DNA of 64,000 bases from Longimicrobiales bacterium (GTDB lineage Bacteria > Gemmatimonadota > Gemmatimonadetes > Longimicrobiales > Gaopeijiaceae), in contig CBDFMQ010000002.1 of assembly GCA_965249725.1 (NCBI GenBank), positions 928,001 through 992,000 on the forward strand. Direction: 5' to 3'. The notes below the pieces were generated by a model. It searched no databases. It was given only the letters and a program-made list of their open reading frames with translations, and was not told where the DNA came from. Positions 30,271-40,679 of the stretch are shown piece by piece. The position numbers and the translations under genes were made by a program. Position 1 is the first letter of the stretch; each line of letters starts with the position of its first letter.

Positions 30271-30409
30271 TGGCTGCCTCCTCTTTCTTCCTAAATGGCT
30301 ACATCGTACTGGCTGCGTTCAGGCGGGTAACTAGGATCGGACACAGGCACCCTCCACGATCAGGCGGTGCGCAGGGCCGTAAAGCCTTGCGGCGCTTAGT
30401 GTTCCTAAG

Positions 30410-30483
<74 letters not shown>

Positions 30484-30607
30484 AAGGTGGCCACCCGCGT
30501 CGTGCACGCGCCCGCGCATGGACATGCGGGAAGATAACTATGTCGCGCTTCCCCTTGGACCCCACCGACCAGAGCTTCCCTGCTAGAGTCGTATGCCGCA
30601 GTTCCCC

Positions 30608-31138
30608 CTACTCGACTCGTCGCAAGGTCAAGATTTCGGTCACACTCGGAGCGGAAGTCCCATCCGCTCCCACGACATCTTGCCCTGTCAGCGTCAGCAC
30701 GTCCCCGTCGACTCGAAACTCTGACGTCGCCTGGCCGCCAACGAAACCCGGGCTCTTCGCGATGATCGGATGGAACGTCACCGTGGACCCGTTGATCTCG
30801 TAGGTCCCCGTGTTGACGATGATGCTCTCGTGCTGAGCCACCATCTCTTCTGCCGTGGGCTGGAATGTCGTCGCGGAGGGCACGCGGGGTTCGGCACCTG
30901 GCGCGTAGACCGCACTGTAGTAGCCGTCGGCGAAGATGTAGAGCCCCGGCTGTGACGGATCGTTGGCCGGCGAGCCGTCGCCCGAATCGGCGATCGTTAA
31001 CGACCAAACACCCTGGAGCGGGTTCACCGAAGCGGCGGAATCCACTGGCGCGTCTTGGGTGCACGAGATACTGACGATCGACCCTAGGAGCACGGCCCCG
31101 GACAAGAACGGGCGAATACGAATCGGGATCATTATCAC
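30608..31138 (-). CDS. Lipocalin-like lipoprotein
   Basis: AAGGAG RBS; SISC lipobox; LQGVW, GLYIF.DGYYS, NTGTYE. Confidence 0.7.
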   Translation of the reverse strand: MIMIPIRIRPFLSGAVLLGSIVSISCTQDAPVDSAASVNPLQGVWSLTIADSGDGSPANDPSQPGLYIFADGYYSAVYAPGAEPRVPSATTFQPTAEEMVAQHESIIVNTGTYEINGSTVTFHPIIAKSPGFVGGQATSEFRVDGDVLTLTGQDVVGADGTSAPSVTEILTLRRVE

Positions 31139-31475
31139 TCCTTTGTAATGGTCAGACGGTCCGCCTGCATCTCACTGTGCGCCCAAGATGTGGCCTGGGG
31201 GTGAAGCGCGCGACCTTTCGCTGGTTTTTCTTGCTTCAGAACCCTCTCCGCCCTTACGCTGTGGCACCCCGCCGAGCACTCCCGCTAACCCTTTACGCAG
31301 CGGTGGTCCATGGATCGTAAGAGCCAGCAGTTCGGTGGCTATGCGTCGTGAACGGGCAGGGCGATGGTTGGATTGATGCGAGGCTGTTAGTCCCCTACCG
31401 GCTCCCTCAACCCCTCGACGAAGTTCTCGACAAGGATCGGGCAAGTCGCTACTGCCAGCATCCGGGCGCGCCATC

Positions 31476-31838
31476 CTAGGTGCCGTGAAAGGCAACTGGC
31501 TTGCCACGTGGCTCCGGTTCCAGATCCGGTTGGCTCGAGTCCGTGAAAACCTCGTGCAACTCGAGCTGGCTCGGCTGCATGAACGCTTCTTGCGGAAGCG
31601 TGCCGGAGCGTGCATGCCTTTTCACAAACTCGTCCGACTTTACCCACGCATCGAACGCGGCCCGGGATTCCCACAGTGTCAGGACAATGTATGGGTCTCC
31701 CGGATTGACTGGGCGCAGTACCTTGTTCCAGATAAAGCCGGGCATCCCGTCCACCAGTCGCGCTCGTGTCTGGAAGCGCTGCTCGAGCTGCTCGGCGTAC
31801 TCCGGCACCACATAGATCCGGTTCATGGCGGTGATCAT
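31476..31838 (-). CDS. Antibiotic biosynthesis monooxygenase family protein (HmoA/IsdG-like)
   Basis: MNRIYV, F..RA..VD.MPGF, T.WES..AF.AW..S.EF...H. Confidence 0.85.
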   Translation of the reverse strand: MITAMNRIYVVPEYAEQLEQRFQTRARLVDGMPGFIWNKVLRPVNPGDPYIVLTLWESRAAFDAWVKSDEFVKRHARSGTLPQEAFMQPSQLELHEVFTDSSQPDLEPEPRGKPVAFHGT

Positions 31839-31844
31839 TCTCGG

Positions 31845-31982
31845 TTACTCTCCATGGGGTTTGCGGCTGTGCTTCAGATCGTCGGCCAAGTAGACCGTAG
31901 CCATCCCGCCTTCGCCCAACTCACGCCCGATAGCGTAGCGGCCTTCTAGGGCTGCATTCAGACGGGATACAGCGTCAGACAT
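31845..31982 (-). pseudogene. Orphan N-terminal head of a Ser/Thr kinase gene (45 aa)
   Basis: MSDAVSRLNAALEGRYAIGRELGEGGMATVYLADDLKHSRKPHGE*; stops 6 nt before the ABM gene start. Confidence 0.9.
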
Positions 31983-32183
31983 GGCCGCAAGATCGCCTAG
32001 GTCGTGTTAGGCCACAAGCGTTACATCCTCAGATCTCCGCGGCAAAAGCCACGTAGATCGCGACGTTGGATCTCCAGTGAACTGGACAGCTACCGACTGG
32101 CGCTTCCCATCCCTTGCCTCCGGCAGAGGCCGCGAATAACCTGTCTATTCCTAGGCCGACACCCCCCGCCAGGAGGCCGTATT

Positions 32184-33707
32184 ATGAAGCGCCGCACTTT
32201 CCTCCGCTCGAGCTTCGGCGCTGCCGCCGCGGCCACTCTTCCGTTCCCGAATCGCCTCGAGGCGGCTCTTGCCGACTCGGCTTTTCGCCCGGTTTCCAAA
32301 GTGCCAGCCGATGTGAAGGCGATCACGGGCGACGGTAGAGAAGTTACGCTGACGTCCGAGGCCATTGCCGACCTGGCCGCGAGGCTACGAGGGAACGTGT
32401 TGATGGCCGGTGACGACGGTTACGACGACGCCCGCCGGGTCCTCAATCCGTCGTTCGACAGGCGACCCGCGTTGATCGCTCAGCCGACGGGGACAGCGGA
32501 TGTTCGGGTGGCCGTCGACTTCGCGCGAGAGAACGACGGGTTGTTGGTCGCGGTCAAGTGCGGGGGCCACAGCTACTCGGGGAAGTCGACCTGTGACATG
32601 GGCATGCAGATCGATCTGTCGGCCTTCCGGGACGTGCGGGTAGATCCGGTCGCCCAACGAGCCAGAGTCACGGGCGGAAGCCTCCTGGGGCAGTTGGATC
32701 ACGAAGCCATGGCCTACGATCTGGTCACGCCTATGGGCACCGTGTCGCACACCGGTGTCGGCGGACTGGTAACGGGTGGTGGGTTCGGGCGCTTGGCCCG
32801 TCGCTTCGGGCTGTCGGTCGACAACCTCCTCTCCGTGGACGTGGTCACGGCGGACGGCGAGTTCCGGCGCGCCAGCGCTGAGGAGAATCCGGACCTGTTC
32901 TGGGGGGTGCGAGGGGGCGGTGGGAATTTTGGCATCGTCACTTCGTTCGAGTTCCAGCTCCATCCGATGCAGCGCCAGGTTTTGGGCGGCCGAATCATGT
33001 TTCCCATCTCGATGGCGCGGGAGGTCCTCACGCTGTACGGCGAGTATGGACCTACGACGCCCGACGAGCTGCAGTTGGACTGTGTGGTCGTTCTGCCGCC
33101 TGGGGGAGCACCCGGAGTCGCGGGATTCGGCATCTGTTACTCCGGGCCCCCGAACCAAGCCGACCGAATGCTTGCGCCGATCCGAAAGCTCGGAACGCCG
33201 CTTCAGGACACCGTTCAAGTTGTGGACTACGTCGCGCTGCAACGTTCGGGGGACGTAGACGATTTCAGGGCGCGAGCAGCGTATCTGAAGAGTGGCTTCA
33301 TGCGGGAGATCCCCTCCGGCTTCATATCCGCGGTCGTGGACGAAATGGAGGGACATCCGGATCGCTTGACTCAGGTGGTCCTCGTGCAGGGCGGTGGTGC
33401 CATCGGTCGCGTTCCCAACGGGGCGACGGCGTTCTCGCAGCGTGAGGAGTTCGCCAACCTGCTATGTGTCGTCAATTGGCCGTTCTCGATGGACGGCAGC
33501 GAGCACATCGAGTGGATCCGTGCGTTTTGGCCCCATCTCGAGCCGTTCACACGTGGGTTCTACACCAACGACCTCGACCCCAACGCCACGGCCGACGTGA
33601 TCAACGCCAACTTCCGCGACAACTACAATCGGCTGGTGGCGGTGAAGAACAGGTACGATCCGAAGAACCTGTTCCGCTTGAACGCGAACGTCGAGCCGTC
33701 GGTGTGA
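32184..33707 (+). CDS. Tat-exported FAD-binding oxidoreductase (berberine-bridge/VAO family)
   Basis: KRRTFL Tat motif; KCGGHS; GVGGL.TGGG.G; LFWGVRGGGGNFGIVT; K.RYDP.NLF; AGGAGG RBS. Confidence 0.92.
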   Translation: MKRRTFLRSSFGAAAAATLPFPNRLEAALADSAFRPVSKVPADVKAITGDGREVTLTSEAIADLAARLRGNVLMAGDDGYDDARRVLNPSFDRRPALIAQPTGTADVRVAVDFARENDGLLVAVKCGGHSYSGKSTCDMGMQIDLSAFRDVRVDPVAQRARVTGGSLLGQLDHEAMAYDLVTPMGTVSHTGVGGLVTGGGFGRLARRFGLSVDNLLSVDVVTADGEFRRASAEENPDLFWGVRGGGGNFGIVTSFEFQLHPMQRQVLGGRIMFPISMAREVLTLYGEYGPTTPDELQLDCVVVLPPGGAPGVAGFGICYSGPPNQADRMLAPIRKLGTPLQDTVQVVDYVALQRSGDVDDFRARAAYLKSGFMREIPSGFISAVVDEMEGHPDRLTQVVLVQGGGAIGRVPNGATAFSQREEFANLLCVVNWPFSMDGSEHIEWIRAFWPHLEPFTRGFYTNDLDPNATADVINANFRDNYNRLVAVKNRYDPKNLFRLNANVEPSV

Positions 33708-33895
33708 GGGTGTGCCCGTAGTCTTCGTACGTTGAGACGGACAACGGGATCGAACACGGCCACTCCGGGATCAGACCGTGGTCAACATCCGAGAGCGGTC
33801 CGGTAGGCGCAAGCAGGGCCGTGTCAGGTGCCCGAAACTGAGCAACTCGGCGGGGGCCAGACGATTCGCCGTCGTCGGGACGCACCGCATCCACG

Positions 33896-34360
33896 CTACA
33901 ACTCCGTGGCCGGTTGATCTTCCGCCAACTCGATGGAGTCGAAGCCCAGCAAGTCATCGTGGACAAAGATTTCGGCCTCCATACGTAAAGCGACTGCTAT
34001 GGAGTCGGACGGGCGCGCATCGATGGAGATCACCTCTCCGTGCCGGCGCATGATCATCTCAGCCAGGAAAAGATTCCCATCCAGCGGACCGATGATCACC
34101 TTTTCGAGTTCTCCGTCCAGGCTCTCCAACACGGAGACCAAGAGGTCATGGGTCAGCGACCTGCGGAACTTCTTGGCCGCAAGTTCCACCGCGATGGCAC
34201 TCGCCTCTCTGGGGCCGATCCAAATGGGGAGCACTCGCTCCCCGCCCTCTTCTCTGAGAACAACAACGGGCATGTGGGTCCTCCGGTGCAACCCGACGCT
34301 ATCCACACCGACTTGAACTAAAGCAGCGGAATTGGACCCAAGGCCCGCCTGGCCGGTCAT
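33896..34360 (-). CDS. Bifunctional nuclease family protein (DUF151)
   Basis: LPIWIG..EA.AI, THDLL, DARPSDSIAVALR. Confidence 0.9.
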   Translation of the reverse strand: MTGQAGLGSNSAALVQVGVDSVGLHRRTHMPVVVLREEGGERVLPIWIGPREASAIAVELAAKKFRRSLTHDLLVSVLESLDGELEKVIIGPLDGNLFLAEMIMRRHGEVISIDARPSDSIAVALRMEAEIFVHDDLLGFDSIELAEDQPATEL

Positions 34361-34416
34361 TCGCGCAGCCAGACGGCCACCACCCTGTGGACCGGAAGCG
34401 AATCAGGAGGACGTTT

Positions 34417-34468
34417 GCCCATGCGCTCAAGATATGGGTGATGCTGAGGTTGGGCGATGGCTGGATGG
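34417..34468. repeat. R40 linker, copy 4
   Basis: gcccatgcgctcaagatatgggtgatgctgaggttgggcgatggctggatgg. Confidence 0.92.
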
Positions 34469-34554
34469 AAAGACGCGAAGGTGAAAATGCACCAGCTGCG
34501 ATGCGGCATACGAGAGGCAATCAGAGGACTTGCTGACGGGGGATTCGTGCGTCG

Positions 34555-35730
34555 TTAACCGGCATCGAGAGCCGTTTCGAGTGCCCGTAGCAAGGCCTCG
34601 ACATCCTCGGTGTCGTTGTACACGTGCGGTGATACCCGGACGATCCGTCCACGCACGGACACGTGGACGCCGAGCTTCCTGAGTTGAGCTTCCATACGCT
34701 TCGGGTCGGTCTCAGTAGGGAGCCGCAATCCGAAGAGATGGGTAGTGTCCGGCGGTTCGAGGCTTATACCGAGCGCCTCCAGCCGAATATCCCCAAACAT
34801 GGTCTCCGTGAGGTCGGCAATGTACGTCGCGATGTGCGGTACGCCCCACTCAAGGAGTTGCTCCAGCGCAGCAATCAGCATTGGCACGAGGACGAAGTTG
34901 GCGGTTTCGCCCACGTCGTAGCGGGCCGCACCGGCTCGGTACCCATCTTCCTGGCTCACTAGGCCCGAGAAATCGTCGCTTCCGGCCCTGCCGATCCAAG
35001 TCTCTTCGAGAGGTATGCCATCGTCGTACCGCGGCCCGTAGTACGCGGTCCCAATGGAGTATGGCCCAGTCAGCCACTTGTAGGCGGCGCACACAAGCGC
35101 ATCCGGCTGAATCCGCTCAATATCGAAGGGCTCCGCACCAACCGACTGGGTGCCATCGACCACGAGGGCCGCCCCGACCTCGCGAGCCCGCTCACCGATG
35201 CGCTCCAGATCGAATCGTGTTCCGTCGGTCCAGTGAATCGGCCCCAGCGCCACGACGGCCGTATCTCGGTCAATCGCGTTGAGAATCGCCTCGTTCCACG
35301 CCTCAGTACGCATCGCCCCAGTGATGGGCGGCTGTACGTTTCGGATACTTGCCCCGGTGTTCGTACAAACACGTCTCCACACGTGGACGTTCGATGGAAA
35401 CTGCTCGTGGACGGTTACCAGGTTCTGGCCTCGCTCGACCACGGTATTCCGGGCGACCGTGGCAAGGCCGTAGGAAGCCGCTGGGATGATGGCTACGCGC
35501 GCCGGATCCGGTAGGTTTACGAGATTAGCGAAGAGCTGTCGGACTTCATCGCAGCCCGTAAAGAAGTCTGCCGGCTCAATCGTGGTCGGTACCGCCTTCC
35601 TCAGTACCGCTGCCGCTCCGGCGTCCTGCACGCGTTTCGAAAGCGGAGACATGTAGGCACAGTTGAGGTAGTGCAACCCCGCAGGAAGAGAGAAGCGATC
35701 CTTCTGACATGTCAGCGCCGGCCGGCCCAT
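34555..35730 (-). CDS. Aminotransferase class V / cysteine desulfurase-like PLP enzyme
   Basis: YLNCAYMSP, VDGTQSVG, AAYKWL.GP, RVSPHVYN. Confidence 0.9.
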   Translation of the reverse strand: MGRPALTCQKDRFSLPAGLHYLNCAYMSPLSKRVQDAGAAAVLRKAVPTTIEPADFFTGCDEVRQLFANLVNLPDPARVAIIPAASYGLATVARNTVVERGQNLVTVHEQFPSNVHVWRRVCTNTGASIRNVQPPITGAMRTEAWNEAILNAIDRDTAVVALGPIHWTDGTRFDLERIGERAREVGAALVVDGTQSVGAEPFDIERIQPDALVCAAYKWLTGPYSIGTAYYGPRYDDGIPLEETWIGRAGSDDFSGLVSQEDGYRAGAARYDVGETANFVLVPMLIAALEQLLEWGVPHIATYIADLTETMFGDIRLEALGISLEPPDTTHLFGLRLPTETDPKRMEAQLRKLGVHVSVRGRIVRVSPHVYNDTEDVEALLRALETALDAG

Positions 35731-35732
35731 GT

Positions 35733-36263
35733 TCACGGCGAAGACCATCTCCTTGTCGGCCGCGGCCGCCAATCGCGGTACTTCAAGTAGGCTGGGTCAA
35801 CACCCTGCTGATGCCGCGTCAACTGATCGCACAGCCACTGGATCCACTCGTCGAATTTCTCGCCCCCTTGCTCCATGCGTTGTTGGCTCGCCCAGACGCT
35901 CATCTTTTTCCACGCGGCCAGGACGACGACTCCCATCAGTTCCCAAACCATGTCGAGAGACGTGATTCGGCGATGCACCATGATACCCACCGACTCGAAA
36001 GTGAGGCTGACGAGCATGGCCGCGTCCTCGTACTGTGGATCCTCGCGCATCCTCTCAGCAGTGACTCCGTCAGGCAGTGAGAGCACAAGCCGAAGCGCAT
36101 GAGCAAACTCGGGGGTCTGGAAGGACCGGGCCAGCTCAAGTGCCGCCATGTCGTACCGTTGGCGACGGAAGTTCGCGAGCTGGAGAACTGCGAACACGAC
36201 ACTACCAAGGACGATTGCGGCACCGATGACCTCCGCGACGTTTGCCAATGTGTTGAGATCCAT
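35733..36263 (-). CDS. DUF4760-like protein with N-terminal TM helix
   Basis: N-terminal hydrophobic helix; FE.VG..V......D and F.EW.QWL patterns; GAGGA RBS. Confidence 0.65.
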   Translation of the reverse strand: MDLNTLANVAEVIGAAIVLGSVVFAVLQLANFRRQRYDMAALELARSFQTPEFAHALRLVLSLPDGVTAERMREDPQYEDAAMLVSLTFESVGIMVHRRITSLDMVWELMGVVVLAAWKKMSVWASQQRMEQGGEKFDEWIQWLCDQLTRHQQGVDPAYLKYRDWRPRPTRRWSSP

Positions 36264-36414
36264 GAGTTCCTCGTCTGTTTGATTGGCTTCCTTCGGCGAG
36301 TTCGGAATTACCTATGCCGGGAATGATCTACCGCCCCGCATACTGCGGCCTCGTGACGGCTTGAGAAGGGGCCGGCGGTCCATGCTGGGAAAACCACCTC
36401 GGACGATCACCACG

Positions 36415-36451
36415 CCTTCCACGAAGACGCGCAGCCAAGGGACCTGACGGT
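36415..36451. repeat. Kinase 3'-flank repeat (native copy after the kinase 2 stop)
   Basis: ccttccacgaagacgcgcagccaagggacctgacggt is identical to 25950-25986. Confidence 0.92.
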
Positions 36452-39223
36452 TCAATTCGGCACCCGCTCCTTCAACTCCTCGAAGAAGTTCACGACGACC
36501 GTGAATCGCTCCTGCCCGCCTACGGCGACCGCGGACTGCGCGGCCGGCTGAGCGACCACGATCCGGTCTCCGTCGGGATGTATGTCCCAGTACTCCGGCA
36601 CGTAGTCCCCGGTGAGCACGAGGTCCTCGGACAACACGGCGAAGGTAGGCTCGGTGCGAACTCTGGCTGCAAACAACGAATCGACGGAAGCGTTTACCCT
36701 TCGCCAGTAGTAGATCGTGCCGCCGTCGGGCGACCAACGAGGAAACTGACCACCGCCACTGGAGACGATGAACTCTCGTCCCGCATCGGGGAAGCTCCGC
36801 ACGTAGACGTCGTCGGTCAGCCCTTGATTGGATTGGTAGGCCGCCCAGGCAGCGTCGGGCGAGACCGCGACGTCGTCGAGGTCGGACTCCGACCGGACGT
36901 ATACTGTCGCGCTGGCGTCTGCCGCGGCCGTGGCTATCCAGAGGTCGGAACGACCACCTACCGGCTGGGGACCCTCGAACAACAACAGATCGTTGACGCT
37001 CCAGGCGCGGACGTCCTGGGAACGGACTTCCGTCAGAATCCGCTCCTCTGGATCAGAGCCGTTCACGGTCCTAACGAACAGATCCCTCTCCTCTGTACCG
37101 TCCCGATTCGAGCTGAATACGATTTGTGTACCGTCGGGCGACCAGACCGGGTAGCGGTTTTCACCTTCTGAGGTGAACCGGGCCGGCGTGGTGCCCATCT
37201 CGACGCTGTAGATGTAGATGTGCGCATTGCCCGGTACGCCGCTGTAGTAGGCGATGGAACGTCCGTCGGGTGACCACCGAGGGGTGCCGAACATCCGTGG
37301 GGTGAGGGACAGCGTATCGGCAGCGCCGGACAACTCCGCGACGACAAGGACTTGTTCATTTGGAGCAGCGGAGGTCACGCCCCCCGAGCCGTACACCAAC
37401 GTGCCGGTGGTCGAGAGCGAGTAGTGAGCGCGATCGCCTCGTCGAAGGTCGACCTCGTCCAGCACCGGCACTGCCGCGCCAGAGACCTGGAGCGCTTCGA
37501 GGTCGAAGGGAACGGCCCACAGCCCACCGCCGGAGTGTGCGAAAAGAATGTGCCCGGTTTCTAGATAGATCGGGTCGACGCCCTCGGGAATCAGGGTATG
37601 CACCGAGTCTGTCTCCAGATCCAAGACACCGATCCATTGATCCCCGGACAGCCGTGCAAATGGGTCCGACGTTGCGGTGGCACCCCCACTGTTCGTCACG
37701 AGTATCCCTTGGCCTCCCGGCAGCAGCCGGGGGTGCAGCACCCATCCGGCGCCTTCGAGGAGGGGCTCGGGCTCACCACCGTTCTCGGACACACGAAAGA
37801 GACCTTCATCAGCACGGAACACTATCGTGCCGTCGTCACCCCAGTGCGGGAAGACCGGGTTGGTGAGAACCCCGCCCCGCAGGACAGTTGATGGCGAACC
37901 TCCGTCGAGGGAGACCTTCAGGAGCGGGTCCTGGGCGGCCTGGGCCGCCCCAGACAACTCTCGGTACACGATCCACTCGCCGTCGGGCGAGAAAGCGGGA
38001 TACCGCGCGTTGTCGGTGCCCGGTACGGGCCGGAATTGCGCCTCGCCCTCGCGTCGAAGGTAGAGGCTGCCTCCGGCGGCAGTTGGGTCGCTCGCAAACG
38101 CGAACGCGGAGCCGTCCGGCGATATGATAAGGTCTCCATTCTGGTCGACGGCGATTTCGCCGAGGTCCAGACTCAGGCTAAGGGATACGGGCGTGCTTTG
38201 CGGGGCACGCACAACCCAAAGCGACACCGCGGCTACGGCGGCGACCGTGCCCATGAGCAGGGTGGCGATGGAGCGGCGGTCTCGCAGCCATGGTCGAGCC
38301 GCTCCGGTGAAAGGGGAGACGGGGGCCGCCAGGGCCTCAGTCGGCTGACCCGTGCCCGTCGGACTCGACCGGGCTTGATACGAGAAACTCTCGTCCCCGA
38401 GTGCCGTCGCGAACTCCGCCGCGCTCTTGAAGCGGTCGGCGGGCAGCTTCTCAAGTGACTTCGCCAGGGCGGCACCGACGTTGGCAGGCACGGTCCTTCG
38501 CTCGTTCGTTATCGACGGTGCGTCCGTCGTGAGAATCTTTACCAGCACGGATTGGGCGGTAGTGGCCGAGAAGGGCGGCTGCCCGGCGAGCATCTCGTAG
38601 AGCACACAGCCGAGGGCGTAGACGTCCGACCGCGGGTCAACGTCCCGGTCGCCCGTGGCTTGTTCGGGGCTCATGTAATGTGGAGTGCCCAGGCTGAGTC
38701 CCGTCTCGGTGATCCGTCCAGCCCCGGCTTGGGCAACGGCCAAGGCGATCCCGAAGTCGGCGATTAGCGGCTCGGCCTGCTCGCTCAACAGAATGTTGGC
38801 AGGCTTTATGTCGCGATGAACGACGCCGTGCCCGTGCGCGTAGTCGAGTGCGCCCGCGACCTTCTGCGTGATGGCGACCGAGTCCTGCACAGCGAGTTGC
38901 TTCTCGCGGTCGATGCGCTCCCTGAGTGATTCCCCTTGAACGTGGGGCATCACATAGAACAGGAAGGAGTCGGCTTCGCCCGAGTCGTGTAGCGGCAGGA
39001 TATGGGGGTGCGTGAGGTTCGCCGTGGTCTTGATCTCAGCCAAGAACCGTTCCGCCCCGACTACCGCAGCCAATTCGGGCTTCAAGACCTTCAGCGCGAC
39101 CTTGCGCTCGTGCTTCAGGTCATCGGCCAGATAGACCGTGGCCATCCCACCTTCGCCTAACTCACGCTCGATGGCGTAGCGGCCTTCGAGGGCGGCGTTC
39201 AGGCGGGCGACGGGATCGGACAC
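36452..39223 (-). CDS. Ser/Thr protein kinase with TM segment and TolB/PD40-like beta-propeller (kinase 2)
   Basis: Full set of kinase motifs; N-terminus near-identical to kinase 1; same NFFEELKERVPN end. Confidence 0.95.
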   Translation of the reverse strand: MSDPVARLNAALEGRYAIERELGEGGMATVYLADDLKHERKVALKVLKPELAAVVGAERFLAEIKTTANLTHPHILPLHDSGEADSFLFYVMPHVQGESLRERIDREKQLAVQDSVAITQKVAGALDYAHGHGVVHRDIKPANILLSEQAEPLIADFGIALAVAQAGAGRITETGLSLGTPHYMSPEQATGDRDVDPRSDVYALGCVLYEMLAGQPPFSATTAQSVLVKILTTDAPSITNERRTVPANVGAALAKSLEKLPADRFKSAAEFATALGDESFSYQARSSPTGTGQPTEALAAPVSPFTGAARPWLRDRRSIATLLMGTVAAVAAVSLWVVRAPQSTPVSLSLSLDLGEIAVDQNGDLIISPDGSAFAFASDPTAAGGSLYLRREGEAQFRPVPGTDNARYPAFSPDGEWIVYRELSGAAQAAQDPLLKVSLDGGSPSTVLRGGVLTNPVFPHWGDDGTIVFRADEGLFRVSENGGEPEPLLEGAGWVLHPRLLPGGQGILVTNSGGATATSDPFARLSGDQWIGVLDLETDSVHTLIPEGVDPIYLETGHILFAHSGGGLWAVPFDLEALQVSGAAVPVLDEVDLRRGDRAHYSLSTTGTLVYGSGGVTSAAPNEQVLVVAELSGAADTLSLTPRMFGTPRWSPDGRSIAYYSGVPGNAHIYIYSVEMGTTPARFTSEGENRYPVWSPDGTQIVFSSNRDGTEERDLFVRTVNGSDPEERILTEVRSQDVRAWSVNDLLLFEGPQPVGGRSDLWIATAAADASATVYVRSESDLDDVAVSPDAAWAAYQSNQGLTDDVYVRSFPDAGREFIVSSGGGQFPRWSPDGGTIYYWRRVNASVDSLFAARVRTEPTFAVLSEDLVLTGDYVPEYWDIHPDGDRIVVAQPAAQSAVAVGGQERFTVVVNFFEELKERVPN

Positions 39224-39238
39224 GGGTAGCTCGACGGG

Positions 39239-39517
39239 CTAGACCACAAATTCCTTGTCTAACACGAAGACCTTCACGGTCTCGCGTTTGACCCCATCGT
39301 GGGCCATGGCCTCGGCCGTCGCGGGAGAGTCCAAGATGCTCATGTACGTATCTAGGTCGCTGGCATCGAGGCAGATAGCCACTTCGTTCCCCTCATTCGT
39401 CGCGATGCCAATGGGTCCTGATACTGTCTGGCTCCTGAACAGGTCACCGTGGGTTCGGAAGCCTTCCTCCCACTTCACGAGGTCTTCAACTTGGGCTGTG
39501 ATGACGATCCTTGGCAT
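39239..39517 (-). CDS. Small hypothetical protein (probable alpha+beta barrel) upstream of kinase 2
   Basis: MPRIVITAQVEDLVKWEEGF..., AEAMAHDGV; AAGGAGG RBS. Confidence 0.7.
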   Translation of the reverse strand: MPRIVITAQVEDLVKWEEGFRTHGDLFRSQTVSGPIGIATNEGNEVAICLDASDLDTYMSILDSPATAEAMAHDGVKRETVKVFVLDKEFVV

Positions 39518-39597
39518 CTCATGCCTCCTTCGTGGCCTGAGTGATTCGGGCAACGGCCTTCCAATGCTGCGGTCATGTGGGATACCTGATCAGACAT
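39518..39597 (-). pseudogene. Degenerate kinase N-terminal head
   Basis: MSDQVSHMTAALEGRCPNHSGHEGGM; the sequence cagacatggccgcaagat is shared with the head at 31982. Confidence 0.7.
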
Positions 39598-39770
39598 GGC
39601 CGCAAGATGCGTCTAGGGTGTGGGCGGCGGCAAGCAGAACCCCGCGAGCCCTTAGCTCAAGGCCCCATCCCAGGAGTCGCCGTTCGCTTTACGACCTTCT
39701 GATACCATGCCCAGAATCTCGTGAACCATTTCTTGAAGACCATAGCACCTCATCACTCGACAACGACGGG

Positions 39771-39825
39771 GGAGGATCAGACCGAGACCAACATCCTATC
39801 CGCAGGTCGGGAAGCGCAAGCAGAA
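39771..39825. repeat. Kinase-upstream repeat U, copy 1 (ggaggatcagac....caacatcctatcc.ca.gtcgggaagcgcaagc.gaa)
   Basis: Near-identical to 43221-43284 and 44720-44784. Confidence 0.88.
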
Positions 39826-40105
39826 GCGATCCTCATTAAGCGCCGTACTACACGAATAGGACGTGACCGTCCTCCGATCTTGCCAAAGCCGTCCGGCAGA
39901 GTCTGGTCAACTACTCCTAGGGACGTCACGCCGCGAAGCGGGAACTCCATCTCCCTCGAGTGGCAGAGCGAACGATGGCGAGGGTAGTGGGAGCCCCTGA
40001 GGAGAACCGCCTACCCGCCTGGCCCCGCTTCTGAACTGACACTATGATGCGTGGATAGTCTTGACATCGGTCTCGAACACCCCGCTGTGAGCCAGGGAGT
40101 AACCC

Positions 40106-40534
40106 ATGCTGATTGCTAGGCTCGTGGCGCTCATCGAGGAGCACGCAGACGAGTTGACAGCTCAGTTGGTTCGGAAGATCCGCGAAGATCCGCGTACGAG
40201 CGAGTACCGCCGGTTCGACGAAGCCGAGCTTGGTAGACGAGCACACGATGTCTACGCCCACTTGGGCCGTTGGGTGGAGCGGACCTCAGAGGGCCGTGTG
40301 GAGGAGGAGTACTTTCGGCTGGGAGCTACCCGCCGGGCAGAGGGAATTGCACTGTCTCAGGTGGTCATCGCTCTCCTCCTGACACGTCGCAATCTCTGGC
40401 AATTCGTCGATTCGTTAGGCGGGGATACGATCTTGGAGCTTCGCCAGCAGTTGGATCTTGAGTTGCTCGTCGTTCGGTTTTTCGACCGAGCGATTTACCA
40501 CACGGTGAGGGGCTACGAGTCCACATCCCAGTAG
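40106..40534 (+). CDS. Helical protein, RsbRD N-terminal / globin-like
   Basis: GGGAG RBS; LIEEHADEL, LG..RR.EGI.L..V..AL.L.RR.LW, FFDRAIY pattern. Confidence 0.6.
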   Translation: MLIARLVALIEEHADELTAQLVRKIREDPRTSEYRRFDEAELGRRAHDVYAHLGRWVERTSEGRVEEEYFRLGATRRAEGIALSQVVIALLLTRRNLWQFVDSLGGDTILELRQQLDLELLVVRFFDRAIYHTVRGYESTSQ

Positions 40535-40556
40535 GTACTGCGAGTAGCCATACGCG

Positions 40557-40614
40557 TGCGCTCAAGCTATGGGTGATGCTGAGGTTGGGCGATGGCTGGA
40601 GGGGACTGATGCGG
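40557..40614. repeat. R40 linker, copy 5
   Basis: tgcgctcaagctatgggtgatgctgaggttgggcgatggctgga. Confidence 0.92.
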
Positions 40615-40679
40615 GGGCGGCGATAGGCGGGACGAACTGCATCGGCCCGTCACCTCAAGGGCTCGAAGGTGCGCTTCGC

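Larger units (their letters stand above)
15951..30409. mobile_element. Genomic island integrated at the 3' end of tRNA-Arg(CCT); no integrase visible
   Basis: Bounded by the intact tRNA and its displaced 3' fragment. Contains a pseudogene, duplications, a visibly AT-richer ABC block and many hypothetical genes. Confidence 0.7.

Noticed and set aside
31283..31392. Possible attC (GCTAAC...GTTAGTC)
   Set aside because: Inner arms are not convincingly complementary and R'' deviates from the consensus.
39850..40100. Possible structured RNA upstream of the RsbRD-like gene
   Set aside because: No recognisable riboswitch consensus by eye; an Infernal search would be needed.
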